A DNA stretch of 64,000 bases from Acidobacteriota bacterium (GCA_027307335.1 DAHUXD010000030.1:2707-66706); one strand, 5' to 3'; positions 1 to 9,661 are shown, counted from the first letter of the stretch. Notes: a model not told the origin generated them from the letters alone. Made by a program: numbers and translations.

Positions 1-982
1 CGGCGATGTAGTAGCCACGGTTCAGGGCCTGCATCGGGTCGGCGTCCTCGCGCGTCTTGACCGCGAAGATGCCGATGATCGAGGCGAGCAGACCGAAGGC
101 TCGGGCCACGAGCGGGAAGAGCATGACGCCGACGACGCCGGCGGAGAACGCCATGCCCTGCTTCTGGAGGGCGGCGGCGAGCGTGGCGCCGAGGATCATG
201 GCGCCGATGTTCTCCGCCGCGGTCGACTCGAAGAGGTCGGCGCCGCGGCCCGCGCAGTCGCCGACGTTGTCGCCGACGAGGTCCGCGATGACGGCCGGAT
301 TGCGCGGGTCGTCCTCCGGGATCCCGGCCTCGACCTTGCCGACGAGGTCGGCGCCGACGTCGGCGGCCTTGGTGTAGATACCGCCGCCGAGCTGCGCGAA
401 GAGGGCGACGAACGAGGCGCCGAAGCCGTAGCCGACGATGAGCAGGGGAATCTGGGCCGGCGGAACCTCCGTCATGTGGCTGACCAGCCAGTAGAGGCCG
501 CCGACGCCGAAGAGCGACATCGCGACGACGAAGAGGCCGGACACCGCGCCGCCCCTCAGCGCGATGCGCAGGGCGTCGTTCAGGGAACTGCGGGCGGCCG
601 AAGCCGTGCGGATGTTCGCGCGGATGGAGACCCACATTCCGATGTATCCGGCGATGACCGAGCAGGCCGCGCCGAGGACGAAGGAGAGCGTGGTCCAGAA
701 AGCGAGGCGGAGGGCCGTCGGAACGGGGTCGAAGTCGTGGTGCCCGCGGACGAAACCGTAGAGGAGGAAGATCACGGCCGCGAGGAGCACGGCGAGCATG
801 CCGATCGTCCCGTTCTGCCGGCGAAGGAAGGCCTCGGCGCCCTCCTTGATCGCGTTGGAGATCGCCTGCATGGCGGAGGTGCCCTGGTCCTTCTTGAGGA
901 CCCACGAGGCGAGGTATCCCGCCACGAAGAGGGACCCGATCGAGAAGACGAGGATGAGCGGCAGAGCAAGCTCGAAAGACAT
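1..982 (-). CDS. hppA: Membrane-integral proton/sodium-translocating pyrophosphatase, N-terminal ~327 codons (3' end runs off the window)
   Basis: Absent from the ORF track because it is open at the window edge. My minus-strand translation from ATG 982..980 gives MSFELALPLILVFSIGSLFVAGYLASWVLKK...AISNAIKEGAEAFLRRQ. Later it gives FAQLGGGIYTKAADVGADLVGKVEAGIPEDDPRNPAVIADLVGDNVGDCAGRGADLFES, the signature acidic motifs of V-type PPases. Plus-strand ORFs 57..377 and 476..1108 are antisense artefacts. Confidence 0.9.
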   Translation of the reverse strand, partial: MSFELALPLILVFSIGSLFVAGYLASWVLKKDQGTSAMQAISNAIKEGAEAFLRRQNGTIGMLAVLLAAVIFLLYGFVRGHHDFDPVPTALRLAFWTTLSFVLGAACSVIAGYIGMWVSIRANIRTASAARSSLNDALRIALRGGAVSGLFVVAMSLFGVGGLYWLVSHMTEVPPAQIPLLIVGYGFGASFVALFAQLGGGIYTKAADVGADLVGKVEAGIPEDDPRNPAVIADLVGDNVGDCAGRGADLFESTAAENIGAMILGATLAAALQKQGMAFSAGVVGVMLFPLVARAFGLLASIIGIFAVKTREDADPMQALNRGYYIA

Positions 983-1063
983 GCGTCGAACTCCTGTTTT
1001 CGCGTGATTCGGACCGCGCCGGGCGCTCGGGCCCGGCCGCGGAACGGGGAGAATATCAGGAAG

Positions 1064-1083
1064 CGCCCCTCTGGCAAGGGGCG
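1064..1083 (-). terminator. Possible terminator hairpin downstream of the exbD operon
   Basis: 7-bp inverted repeat cgcccct / aggggcg with a 6-nt loop, about 27 nt past the exbD stop on the minus strand. The tail is only weakly U-rich, so this is tentative. Confidence 0.3.
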
Positions 1084-1109
1084 GGGAGGCTGGCGTTTCC
1101 GCCGGTGAA

Positions 1110-1538
1110 TTACGGACCGCCGACCGGAACGGCCTCCATGACGATGCCGATGTTCTTCGCGCCGGCGCTGCGGCAGCGGTCCATCACCTGGACGACTTCG
1201 CCGTAATTCGCCGCGTCGTCCCCGGAGAAGAACACCGTCTTGTTCGCGCGGTTCTTCAGGATCTCGGTCAGCCGCAGCGACAGGACCTGCGGAGTCACCT
1301 CTTCCTTGTTCAGGTAGATCTTGTTCTGCGGCGTGAGCGACACGATCACCAGGTCGGCCGGAGGCGGCGTACCGGCGGGGACATCGACCTTCGGCGGCAC
1401 CTTCACGTCGTAGCCCATCTGCAGGAGCGGGGTGATGACCATGAAGATGATGAGCAGCACCAGCACCACGTCCACGAGGGGCGTGATGTTGATGTCGCTC
1501 TTGTAGTCCCCGCCACCGCCACCGACTGACATTGACAT
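1110..1538 (-). CDS. exbD: Biopolymer transport protein ExbD/TolR (copy 2, distal)
   Basis: 142 aa. Single N-terminal TM with the ExbD-type INITPLVDVVLVLLIIFMV segment and a periplasmic C-domain. Last gene of the tonB-exbB-exbD-exbD string. Confidence 0.85.
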   Translation of the reverse strand: MSMSVGGGGGDYKSDINITPLVDVVLVLLIIFMVITPLLQMGYDVKVPPKVDVPAGTPPPADLVIVSLTPQNKIYLNKEEVTPQVLSLRLTEILKNRANKTVFFSGDDAANYGEVVQVMDRCRSAGAKNIGIVMEAVPVGGP

Positions 1539-1569
1539 TGTCGACGCTCTCCTTGGCTCTGAGCCGGGC

Positions 1570-2004
1570 CTAACCGCCGCCCTTTTGCTTCTTTTCCGCG
1601 ATGAGGCCGACGTCCTGGAAACCCGCGTCCTTGGCCATCTTGAAGACTTCCTTGACTTCGCCGTACTTGAGGCGCTGGTCGGCCTTGATCACGATTTCCG
1701 CCGAGGGGTTGCGCTGGTACAGCTCGTCGAGAGCGGACTGAAACTCGGCCTTGGACTTCGCCTTGGGGTCGTCGATGTAGTACTGGACCGGGCTCGAGTA
1801 CTGCACCGAGATGAGTTTCTGCTTCGCGTTTTCCGGCTTCTTGTCCGGATTGTCGGCCTGCGGAATCTGGACGCTCACGCCCTTCTGGAGGAGCGGCGTG
1901 ACGACCATGAAGATGATCAGCAGGACGAGACAGACGTCGACGAGCGGCGTGACGTTGATGTCGCTCTGCAGCTTGTCGCGGCCTCCGCCGCCACCCATAC
2001 CCAT
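1570..2004 (-). CDS. exbD: Biopolymer transport protein ExbD/TolR (copy 1)
   Basis: 144 aa. INVTPLVDVCLVLLIIFMV TM segment. Paralog of the downstream gene and directly follows exbB. Confidence 0.85.
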   Translation of the reverse strand: MGMGGGGGRDKLQSDINVTPLVDVCLVLLIIFMVVTPLLQKGVSVQIPQADNPDKKPENAKQKLISVQYSSPVQYYIDDPKAKSKAEFQSALDELYQRNPSAEIVIKADQRLKYGEVKEVFKMAKDAGFQDVGLIAEKKQKGGG

Positions 2005-2017
2005 GGACTTGCTCCTG

Positions 2018-2713
2018 TTATGCCGACAATTGAGCGCCGGCGCCGCGCCGCTTGATGAAGTAGTCGATCAGCTCGTTCGAGGAGTTCGACATCTCGACCT
2101 GGAAGCGCTCGATGTTGTTCATGAAGATGTTGAACATCCACACCGCCGGGATGGCGACGAAGAGCCCGAGCGCCGTGGTGACGAGCGCCTCGGAGATGCC
2201 GGCCGAGACCGCCGCGATGCCGCCCGACCCGGTCAGGGCCATGCCGCGGAACGCGTTGATGATGCCGATGACCGTGCCGAAGAGGCCGATGAACGGCGCC
2301 GTCGTGCCGATCGTCGCGAGGCCCGAGAGCCCCTTCTTCATGTCGGCGGTCGTCACCAGCGCCTCGCGCTCGATCGCGCGCTCGGCGGCCTCGATCATGT
2401 CGTGGCCCTTGATGCCGGAGCCGCCCGATTTGATGTCATGGGAGAACTCGTAGAGCCCCGCCGACAGCACGCGCGCCACGTGGCTGTTCTTGAACTTCTT
2501 CGACGCGTCGATCGCGTCCTGGAGCTTGTCCTGCTTCAGGAAGCCCGTGACCATCTTGGCGTACGCCACGGACTGATTGCGAGCCTTCCGGTAGTAGAGG
2601 AAGCGCTCGAAGGCGATCGTCAGCGAGTAGATGGACATGATGATCAAGACGACGACGACGCCCTGTGCGACGATCGTCATCTTGCCCCACAGCTCAATCG
2701 GATTGAAACTCAT
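2018..2713 (-). CDS. exbB: MotA/TolQ/ExbB proton-channel protein
   Basis: 231 aa with three TM segments. Conserved C-terminal channel region [20 protein letters not shown] ... [17 protein letters not shown]. Confidence 0.9.
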   Translation of the reverse strand: MSFNPIELWGKMTIVAQGVVVVLIIMSIYSLTIAFERFLYYRKARNQSVAYAKMVTGFLKQDKLQDAIDASKKFKNSHVARVLSAGLYEFSHDIKSGGSGIKGHDMIEAAERAIEREALVTTADMKKGLSGLATIGTTAPFIGLFGTVIGIINAFRGMALTGSGGIAAVSAGISEALVTTALGLFVAIPAVWMFNIFMNNIERFQVEMSNSSNELIDYFIKRRGAGAQLSA

Positions 2714-2767
2714 GCAACGCTCCTTCTCGTTTTCGTTCGCCTTCGCGGTTCCCGAAGACCCCAGATC

Positions 2768-3487
2768 CTAGTTCAACCGGAACGTGACGGTCACCGTCAG
2801 GTAAACGCGGACCGCCCGGCCGTTCAGGGTGGCCGGCTTGTATTTCCACTGCTGGACGGCCCGGACCGCCGAGGCGTCCAGCAGGGGATTGACCGATTTC
2901 AGGACACGGACGTCCTCGACGTTGCCGTCGGCCGTGATGATGGCCTCGAGGATGACGACGCCCTCCATGCGGGCCTTGCGGGCGGCCTCGGGATACTGGG
3001 GCTCCGTCCGCGAGGAGAGGACCGGCGCCTTGACGTCGCCCCCGACGCGCAGGGGCTCCTCGCCGCCTCCTCCTCCGGTCCCCCCGACGACACCGCCCAT
3101 CACGCCGCCGGGCACGCCGCCCTCGACCCCGCCCTCGACGCCCGCGGGCGCCTCGGGCTCGGGCTGCGCGAGCGGCTGCGGGACCGATTCCGGGATGACC
3201 ATCGGCTGCGTCATTTCGACGGGCTTGACCGGGACCACCTTCGGGGCCTCCGCCGCCTTGGGGGCCGCCGCCTTGGGAGCGGCCGGCGGGGGCGGAGGCG
3301 GCGGCGGCGCGGCCGCATAGAAGGTGACGGGGATCGGCGGCTCGGGCACGTCGCCGACGAACCAGATCGAAGCCCCGAGGATCGCGCCGATCACGATCGC
3401 GTGGATCAGGACCGAGACCGGCAGCGAGACGGCCTTCTTCGTCTGGGCCTTCTGGTGGCTCGACTCGATCAGTGAAGCTTCAAACAT
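2768..3487 (-). CDS. tonB: Energy transducer TonB
   Basis: 239 aa. N-terminal TM anchor, Pro-rich spacer (PPPPPPPPAAPKAAAPKAAEAPK) and a TonB C-terminal-like domain (YPEAARKARMEGVVILEAIITADGNV...ATLNGRAV). Confidence 0.85.
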   Translation of the reverse strand: MFEASLIESSHQKAQTKKAVSLPVSVLIHAIVIGAILGASIWFVGDVPEPPIPVTFYAAAPPPPPPPPAAPKAAAPKAAEAPKVVPVKPVEMTQPMVIPESVPQPLAQPEPEAPAGVEGGVEGGVPGGVMGGVVGGTGGGGGEEPLRVGGDVKAPVLSSRTEPQYPEAARKARMEGVVILEAIITADGNVEDVRVLKSVNPLLDASAVRAVQQWKYKPATLNGRAVRVYLTVTVTFRLN

Positions 3488-3520
3488 GGACCATCCCCTC
3501 GACCCGGTAAGACACCGGCA

Positions 3521-4384
3521 CTACTTGCCCGGTTCCGGCGTCGCCTTGCCGGAGGCCTCGGCCGCCTTCGCCTTCTCCTGGGCCGCCTTCCGCATCTCCA
3601 GGGCCTGCTGAAGATACTTGTTGGCCGTATCCGTGTATTCCTGCTTCTTGGCCGGATCCGTCTCCATCTTCGCCTTCTCGCGGTAGAGGAGATTGATGTA
3701 CGAGACGGCCTCGAAGTAGTCGGGCTTCAGCTCGACGGCCTTGTTGAGCGACTGCAGCCCCTCGTCGACGATCTTGGCGCGTAGCGCCGGGTCGAGGTTC
3801 GGGTAGTTGTACGAGCGGTCCCAGGCCTGGACGCCGATGAGGTAGTAGACCTCGGGGTTGTTGCCTTCCACCTCGAGCCGCTTCTTCAGCCAGAGGACGC
3901 CGTTGTCGAAGTCGCCCTTCTTGAAATAGAGCATGGCGAGCGACTGCATCGCCTTCGCATCCTTGGGGTTCCGCTTCAGCAGCTCGTTCTGGTAGAACGT
4001 GATGGCGTCGTCGTACCTCTCCGTGTTCAGGTACATGGAGACGAGGTACTCGAGCGCCTTCGTGTCCTCGGGATACCCCTGCGCGTACTGCTTGAGGTTG
4101 TCGATCGCCTTCTGCGCGTACTCGAGGTCCTTCGGGTGCTTGGACCCCGGCTGGTACATCCCCATGTACGCGATCCCGATATGCTTGTGGAGCTTCGTCT
4201 CCTTGGGATCGAGGCGCAGCGCCTCCTCGTACTCGGCGAGCGCGGCCTGATATTGGGCGGCCTTCAGGAACTCGTTGCCCCTCTTGATGGCTTGCTTGGA
4301 CTTGATCTTGTCGCAGCCGGCCAGCGCCGCAACCGCCAGGAGGAGAAAGGCGGCCGCGGCCGCACGTTGCCGATGGCGTGGCAT
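3521..4384 (-). CDS. TPR-repeat lipoprotein, first gene of the TonB/ExbBD operon
   Basis: 287 aa. Signal peptide with lipobox LAGC, then several TPR-like helical repeats (AQYQAALAEYEEALRLDP, ERYDDAITFYQNELLKRNP, GDFDNGVLWLKKRLEV...). Confidence 0.7.
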   Translation of the reverse strand: MPRHRQRAAAAAFLLLAVAALAGCDKIKSKQAIKRGNEFLKAAQYQAALAEYEEALRLDPKETKLHKHIGIAYMGMYQPGSKHPKDLEYAQKAIDNLKQYAQGYPEDTKALEYLVSMYLNTERYDDAITFYQNELLKRNPKDAKAMQSLAMLYFKKGDFDNGVLWLKKRLEVEGNNPEVYYLIGVQAWDRSYNYPNLDPALRAKIVDEGLQSLNKAVELKPDYFEAVSYINLLYREKAKMETDPAKKQEYTDTANKYLQQALEMRKAAQEKAKAAEASGKATPEPGK

Positions 4385-4560
4385 GCTTCGCTATCGCTCC
4401 TTCGCTCTTTGACCTGGTTCCACCTGGGATTCCGGCCCGCCCCAGAGTGCCGAATTCTGTTGAATTCCCAAAGACAAAGCAACAGAGTTTTTCGAACTTC
4501 CCCGCGCCGCGCAGAGCCGAGCGTCGGCGCGCGCCGACGACGCCCCGACGCGGGGGAATA

Positions 4561-6351
4561 ATGTCGGGCCAACCCGCGCTATTGCGCGGCAGGAGGAATC
4601 CCTTGAGACGTTTCCCTGCCTTCGCGGCACTGCTCCTCGGCGCGGCCGTGGCCCTCGGTCAGGACAAGCCGCCCGCTTCCGCCCTGCCGCAGCCGCCGCC
4701 GGCCCAGAAGCCTCCCGAAGCGCCCATTCCGCCCGTCACGGAAAACGTGGACGTCACGGTCACGAACGTGGACGTCTTCGTCACCGACTCGAAGGGGCAG
4801 CGCGTCACGGGACTGAAGGCGGACGACTTCCAGGTCAAGCAGGACGGAATCCCCCAGAAGATCACGAACTTTTACGCGGTGGCCGGAGGGAAGGTCATTT
4901 TCGAGGACGGCAGCTCCGTGCCGTTCGACGCCAAGGAGCCCGCGACGCCGCAGGTGCCGGCCGTCGTCCAGGCCCACTACCTCTTCTACATCGACAACCA
5001 GAACATCCAGCCGCAGACGCGCAACCGGATGTTCAAACGGTTGAAGGAGTTCATCCAGGAATCCGTCGGGCCGAATGCCGAAGGGATGATCGTCACCTAC
5101 AGCCGGTCCCTGAAGGTCCGCAAGAGCTTCACGAGCCATCCGAACGAGCTCATCGGCACGCTCGAGGAGATCGAGCTCGACACCGGCGGCGGCACGAACT
5201 CCGCGAGCGACCTGAAGGACGCCCTCCAGCGGATCAACGAGTCGAAGAGCTCCTCGGAGGCGCAGAACTACGCGCAGAACTATTCGAAGGAGGTCCGCAA
5301 CGACGTCGAGTTCACGACCGACGCCCTCGTGTCCACGATCTCGAGTCTCGCCGGGCTGCAGGGGCGCAAGAACCTCGTCTACGTGTCGGAGGGCCTGCCT
5401 CAGACGGCGGGCCTGGAGCTCTTCGAGGCGATCCGCGAGAAGTTCCAGGATCCGTCCGCAACGATGCAGGAATTCGAGTACGACCTGAGCTCGCGCTACA
5501 TGAAGATCATCTCGGCGGCGAATTCCAACGGCGTGACCATCTACGCGCTCGACGCCGCCGGCCTGCAGACGTCGAGCGCGCTCGACGTCTCCAGCCGGGG
5601 GATGTCCACCAACTCGAACGACGTCCGCATCAACGACTTCTTCGCCAACCAGAACATGCAGGGCCCCATCAAGATGATGGCGGAGGAGACGGGCGGGCTC
5701 GCGGCGGTCAACACGAACGACTGGAAGGCGAACCTCGACCAGATCGCCTCCGATTTCTCCAATTTCTACTCGCTCGGCTACCGCGCGGCCAAGGGCGCGA
5801 CGGACCGCGGCCACAAGATCGAAGTCACGGTCAAGGGCAAGGGCCTGACGGTCCGGACGCGGACGAGCTTCATGGAGAAGTCGATCGAGACCCGGACCGG
5901 AGAAGCGGTGCTCGCGAGCCTCCACTACGCCCGCCGCGACAATCCGCTCGGCATCAGCGTGTCGGTGGGGGAGGCGAAGCCGTACGACAGCGAGAACTAC
6001 CTCCTGCCGGTGCGGATCTCGGTGCCGATCGGGAAGCTCGGTCTCGTTCCTTCGGGCGACACTCTGGTGGGAAGTTTCTTCGTCTACTTCGTCGTCCTCG
6101 ACGTGTCCGGCAAGCAGTCCGATCTGCAGATCCAGAAGCAGGACATCAAGGTGCCGGAGAAGGACCTGACGGTCGCCCAGCGGAAGGACTTCTACTACGA
6201 CGTCCAGCTCGTCGTCGTGCCCGGAGGGCAGAAGCTCGCGGTCGCCGTGCGCGACGGCGTCTCGAGCCAGACGTCCTACGTGCAGAAGAACGTCTTCGTG
6301 TCCGTCCTGCCCAAGGAGAAGCCGCTCGAGACGACGAAGCCGGGCACGTAA
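4561..6351 (+). CDS. Secreted VWA-domain protein of the VWFA-related acidobacterial type
   Basis: I prefer ATG 4561 (MSGQPALLRGRRNPLRRFPAFAALLLGAAVALG, signal-like) over the track start at 4378. The N-terminal beta-rich region plus central VWA-like fold resembles the family common in Acidobacteria. Assignment is from recollection of the family, not a search. Confidence 0.7.
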   Translation: MSGQPALLRGRRNPLRRFPAFAALLLGAAVALGQDKPPASALPQPPPAQKPPEAPIPPVTENVDVTVTNVDVFVTDSKGQRVTGLKADDFQVKQDGIPQKITNFYAVAGGKVIFEDGSSVPFDAKEPATPQVPAVVQAHYLFYIDNQNIQPQTRNRMFKRLKEFIQESVGPNAEGMIVTYSRSLKVRKSFTSHPNELIGTLEEIELDTGGGTNSASDLKDALQRINESKSSSEAQNYAQNYSKEVRNDVEFTTDALVSTISSLAGLQGRKNLVYVSEGLPQTAGLELFEAIREKFQDPSATMQEFEYDLSSRYMKIISAANSNGVTIYALDAAGLQTSSALDVSSRGMSTNSNDVRINDFFANQNMQGPIKMMAEETGGLAAVNTNDWKANLDQIASDFSNFYSLGYRAAKGATDRGHKIEVTVKGKGLTVRTRTSFMEKSIETRTGEAVLASLHYARRDNPLGISVSVGEAKPYDSENYLLPVRISVPIGKLGLVPSGDTLVGSFFVYFVVLDVSGKQSDLQIQKQDIKVPEKDLTVAQRKDFYYDVQLVVVPGGQKLAVAVRDGVSSQTSYVQKNVFVSVLPKEKPLETTKPGT

Positions 6352-6392
6352 GTCCGACGTTCTTTCGCCGCGGGATCCTACATAATTCGGAC

Positions 6393-7952
6393 GTGATTCC
6401 CGTCCTCGAGGCTCGGGGAATGCGGGCCGCGGACGCGGCCACGATCCGGAACGGCACGCCCTCCGAGGAGCTCATGGAGAACGCCGCGGCCGCGATCGTC
6501 GCGGCGATCGCCGCCGCGTATCCGGACTGGCGGCGCGTCGCCGTGGTCTGCGGCCCCGGCAACAATGGCGGCGACGGCCTCGCGGTCGCGCGCCTCCTGA
6601 CCGGGCGCGGCGTCCGCGTCACTCTCTTCACCCTCGCCGACCCGGAGCGCTACGGCGGAGACCCGGCCACGAACCTCGCCCGGGCCCGGGCGATGGGACT
6701 GTCGCCCGTTTCCCTCGCGGCGCGAGGCGGATTCTCCGCATTGTCGCGCGCTCTCGAGGACGCCGACGGGGTCGTGGACGCGCTCTTCGGGACCGGCCTC
6801 GCGCGCCCCCTCGCGGGCGCGGCGCGGCGGGCGGTCCGCGCGATCTCCGGGGCGGCGCGTCCGGTCGTCGCGGCCGACGTGCCTTCCGGGCTCGCCTCGG
6901 ATTCCGGGGCACCCCCGGGCGAATCCGTGCGGGCGAACCTCACGGTCGCCCTCGGCGCGCCGAAGCCCTGCCACCTCCTGCCGCCCGCGAGCGACCGGTG
7001 CGGGCGCGTCGTCGTCGCGGACATCGGGATTCCGCGCGGAGAGCTCGAGCGGCGGGCGCGTCGGTTCTGGCTCGCGGAGCCGGGCGACGTGGGCACGCTC
7101 CTGCCGCCGCGGCCGCTCGACTCGCACAAGGGAGACTTCGGCCGTCTCGCCGTCATCGCCGGCTCGCGAGGGAAGGCCGGAGCGGCGGCGCTCGCGGCGC
7201 GCGGCGCGCTGCGCGGAGGCGCCGGTCTCGTGACGGTCTTCTGCGCGGGCGCGATCGAGAACTCGATCGTCGGCGCTCTGCCCGAGGCGATGACGTTCGC
7301 GCTGCCGGAGCGGGACGGCGCGCTCGCGGAGGAGGGCGCGCCGCTGCTGCTCCGGCGCCTCGACGATTTCGACGCCGCCGTCCTCGGGCCGGGGCTCGGC
7401 ACGGCGGCGGGAACGGTGAAGCTGCTCGAGGCCGTTCTGTCGCGCGCGCGGATTCCGGTCGTCGTCGATGCCGACGGGCTGAACGCCTTCGCGAATCGCC
7501 CCGGCTTCTTCGCGCGGCGCGCCGGCGCGACGATCCTGACTCCTCACCCGGGAGAGGCCGGCCGCCTTCTCGGCCTGAAAGTCCGCGACATCCAGGGCGA
7601 CCGCCTCGGGGCCGCGCGCGGCCTCGCCCGGCGCGCCCGCGCCGTGGCCGTGCTGAAGGGCGCGCACACGCTGGTCGCGGCGCCCACGGGCGAGGTGGCG
7701 GCGAACCCGACGGGAACGCCGCTCCTGGCCACCGCGGGTTCGGGCGACGTGCTGGCGGGGCTCGTCGGCGCGCTCCTCGCCGCCGGTCTCGCTCCCCGGG
7801 AGGCGGCCGTGGCGGGCGCGTGGCTCCACGGGGCGGCGGCGGAGCGGCTCGCCCCGTCGCTCGGCGACGCCGGCCTGCTCGCGCACGAGGTCGCGGACGC
7901 CGTCCCGCGGGTGCGCGCCGCGCTGCAGCGGGGCGGCGGGCGCGATGCCTGA
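6393..7952 (+). CDS. nnr: Bifunctional NAD(P)H-hydrate repair enzyme (epimerase / ADP-dependent dehydratase)
   Basis: 519 aa. N-terminal YjeF_N motif GPGNNGGDG. C-terminal carbohydrate-kinase-like dehydratase region (HKGDFGRLAVIAGS ... GSGDVLAG). Confidence 0.9.
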   Translation: MIPVLEARGMRAADAATIRNGTPSEELMENAAAAIVAAIAAAYPDWRRVAVVCGPGNNGGDGLAVARLLTGRGVRVTLFTLADPERYGGDPATNLARARAMGLSPVSLAARGGFSALSRALEDADGVVDALFGTGLARPLAGAARRAVRAISGAARPVVAADVPSGLASDSGAPPGESVRANLTVALGAPKPCHLLPPASDRCGRVVVADIGIPRGELERRARRFWLAEPGDVGTLLPPRPLDSHKGDFGRLAVIAGSRGKAGAAALAARGALRGGAGLVTVFCAGAIENSIVGALPEAMTFALPERDGALAEEGAPLLLRRLDDFDAAVLGPGLGTAAGTVKLLEAVLSRARIPVVVDADGLNAFANRPGFFARRAGATILTPHPGEAGRLLGLKVRDIQGDRLGAARGLARRARAVAVLKGAHTLVAAPTGEVAANPTGTPLLATAGSGDVLAGLVGALLAAGLAPREAAVAGAWLHGAAAERLAPSLGDAGLLAHEVADAVPRVRAALQRGGGRDA

Positions 7953-8397
7953 CGTCGAGACGCGCACGGCGAACGCCGCCGAGACGGAGGCTCTCGGCGA
8001 AGCGCTCGCCGCCGAGCTGTCGGCGAACGACGTCGTGTACCTCGAGGGAGATCTCGGCGCCGGCAAGACGGCCTTCGCGCGCGGCCTCGCGCGCGGCCTC
8101 GGCGCCTCCGAGCGCGAGGTGGCGTCACCGACCTTCGCGCTGCTGCACGAGTATGCCGGTCCGTCCGGCTCGATCGTTCTGAGACACCTCGATCTCTATC
8201 GTCTCGTGGACGCCCTGCGGGAGCTCGAGGTGCTGGGCCTGCCGGACTCGATGGAGGGGGCGCCGGTCTGCGTCGAGTGGCCGCGCGGGGCGCTGCGGCG
8301 GCTGCTCCCGCCGACCGTGGAGGTGCGCATCGACACGAAACCCGGCGGCGACGGCCGCCGGGTCTCGATCCGGCGCGCGGGAGACCGGGCGCGCTAG
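7945..8397 (+). CDS. tsaE: tRNA t6A37 biosynthesis ATPase TsaE
   Basis: 150 aa. P-loop GDLGAGKT followed by SPTFAL..Y. Overlaps the nnr stop by 8 nt. Confidence 0.85.
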   Translation: MPDVETRTANAAETEALGEALAAELSANDVVYLEGDLGAGKTAFARGLARGLGASEREVASPTFALLHEYAGPSGSIVLRHLDLYRLVDALRELEVLGLPDSMEGAPVCVEWPRGALRRLLPPTVEVRIDTKPGGDGRRVSIRRAGDRAR

Positions 8398-9041
8398 AAC
8401 GCCACGAGGAAGCCGCCGCTCGGGACGAAGTTCGTCACCCACGTCGTGCCGTGGCAGTAGTAGCCGTAGCCGCAGTAGAACGTGCGGGAGCCGACCGCCG
8501 TCGAGTAGAGCTTGGCGTCGAGGCGAAGGGCAAAGTGGGGATTGAAGAAGTACTTGTAGCCCCCGCCGATCGCCGCGGTGCCGTAGGTCTTCGATCGGGA
8601 ACCGAGGTCGGTGTACGTCGCCTGGAAATCGGCGGCGCCGCCACCGATCGTGAAGAAGCCGACGCTGCGGCCACGGCCGAAGTTGAAGGTCATGTAGGCC
8701 ATGAAGTACTGGATGGTCAGCGGCGCGAACTCGACCGTCGGAAGATCCGAGCGGAACGGGTCGATCTGGAGGTGGCTCGGCGTGCGCGCGTACTCGAATT
8801 CGGCCTCGAACGTGTTGTTGAAGTTGTAGCCGATCCGTCCGCCGTAGTTGACGTCGTCGCCGATGTCGAGGCGGTACCCGTACTGGTACAGGGGCGTCCC
8901 CGGCACGTCGCCGAAGTGTCCGCCGACGAGGTAGCCGGCGAACCCGTTGAATTCGACCGTTCCCTCCCGGAGTTGCGCGTGGGCGGACGCCGCTCCGACG
9001 AGCGCCGCCACGACAGCGAGCACGAGCACACGGGTCTTCAT
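8394..9041 (-). CDS. Small outer-membrane beta-barrel protein
   Basis: 215 aa. Signal peptide (MKTRVLVLAVVAALVGAASAHA), alternating aromatic/Gly beta-strand pattern and a C-terminal ...GGFLVAF ending in Phe. Confidence 0.65.
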   Translation of the reverse strand: MKTRVLVLAVVAALVGAASAHAQLREGTVEFNGFAGYLVGGHFGDVPGTPLYQYGYRLDIGDDVNYGGRIGYNFNNTFEAEFEYARTPSHLQIDPFRSDLPTVEFAPLTIQYFMAYMTFNFGRGRSVGFFTIGGGAADFQATYTDLGSRSKTYGTAAIGGGYKYFFNPHFALRLDAKLYSTAVGSRTFYCGYGYYCHGTTWVTNFVPSGGFLVAF

Positions 9042-9093
9042 GGGTGAGCCTCCCTCTGGTTCTAACGCCCAGGACGGGCGCCGGGGTTACGGA

Positions 9094-9588
9094 CTACTTC
9101 CGTGACTTCAGGTATCTCTCGACCACCTTTTTCCAACGCTCCTCCCATTCGGGGGAGTAGCCGACGGCGCGGTCCACGAGCGCCCGGTCGGGGCCCAGGA
9201 TGAACGTGGAGGGAATGCCGGTCGCCGTGAGCGGGCCGGCGTCTTCGGGCGCGGCGAAGTAGACGGGAAGCGAGATGTTGAACTGCTTGAGGAAGGGACC
9301 CACGCGCTTCCGATCGGCGTCGACGTTGACGGACACCACGACGAAGTTGCGGTCGCTGTAGGTGTCATACATCTTCTGCACGATCGGGAGCTCTTTCTTG
9401 CATGGACCGCACCAGGTCGCCCAGACGTTCAGGAGGACGACGTTGCCCTGGAGCTCGGAGAGCCGGACGCTGCCGCCCTGCTCTCCCACGAACTCGAGAT
9501 CGGGAAACTGGGGAGGGTGCTGCGGCTGCTCCGCGGCGGCGAGGCCGGCCAGCGCGCCGGCGGCGAGGCAGAGCAGGAGAAGACGCAT
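9094..9588 (-). CDS. TlpA-family thiol:disulfide oxidoreductase (redoxin)
   Basis: CxxC motif WATWCGPC. I prefer the internal ATG 9588 (MRLLLLCLAAGALAGLAAA signal peptide) to the track start at 9660, which would abut the divergent gene. Confidence 0.8.
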   Translation of the reverse strand: MRLLLLCLAAGALAGLAAAEQPQHPPQFPDLEFVGEQGGSVRLSELQGNVVLLNVWATWCGPCKKELPIVQKMYDTYSDRNFVVVSVNVDADRKRVGPFLKQFNISLPVYFAAPEDAGPLTATGIPSTFILGPDRALVDRAVGYSPEWEERWKKVVERYLKSRK

Positions 9589-9661
9589 TCGCCGCTCGGA
9601 ACGACGCGCACGCGGCGAATATTCCGCCATCCTTCCGATCAGGATAGCCGATCTTGCCATA

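Noticed and set aside
476-1108. 210-aa plus-strand ORF at the left edge
   Set aside because: It is antisense to the clearly recognisable membrane pyrophosphatase gene (1..982, minus). Its translation is a charged low-complexity string.
1811-3475. 554-aa plus-strand ORF, and similar giants: 6378..8066(-), 10641..12734(-), 13422..15203(-), 22332..25232(-), 26706..29570(+), 36217..39717(-), 39512..41956(+), 45121..48180(+), 50803..52803(-), 58223..60277(-), 58432..61035(+)
   Set aside because: Their translations are Arg/Pro/Gly/Ala/Asp-rich low-complexity strings with no recognisable motifs. Each lies antisense or out of frame to a gene with clear family signatures such as exbB/tonB, nnr, ubiD, secA, dnaK and alaS. 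Long stop-free alternative frames are expected at this G+C content.
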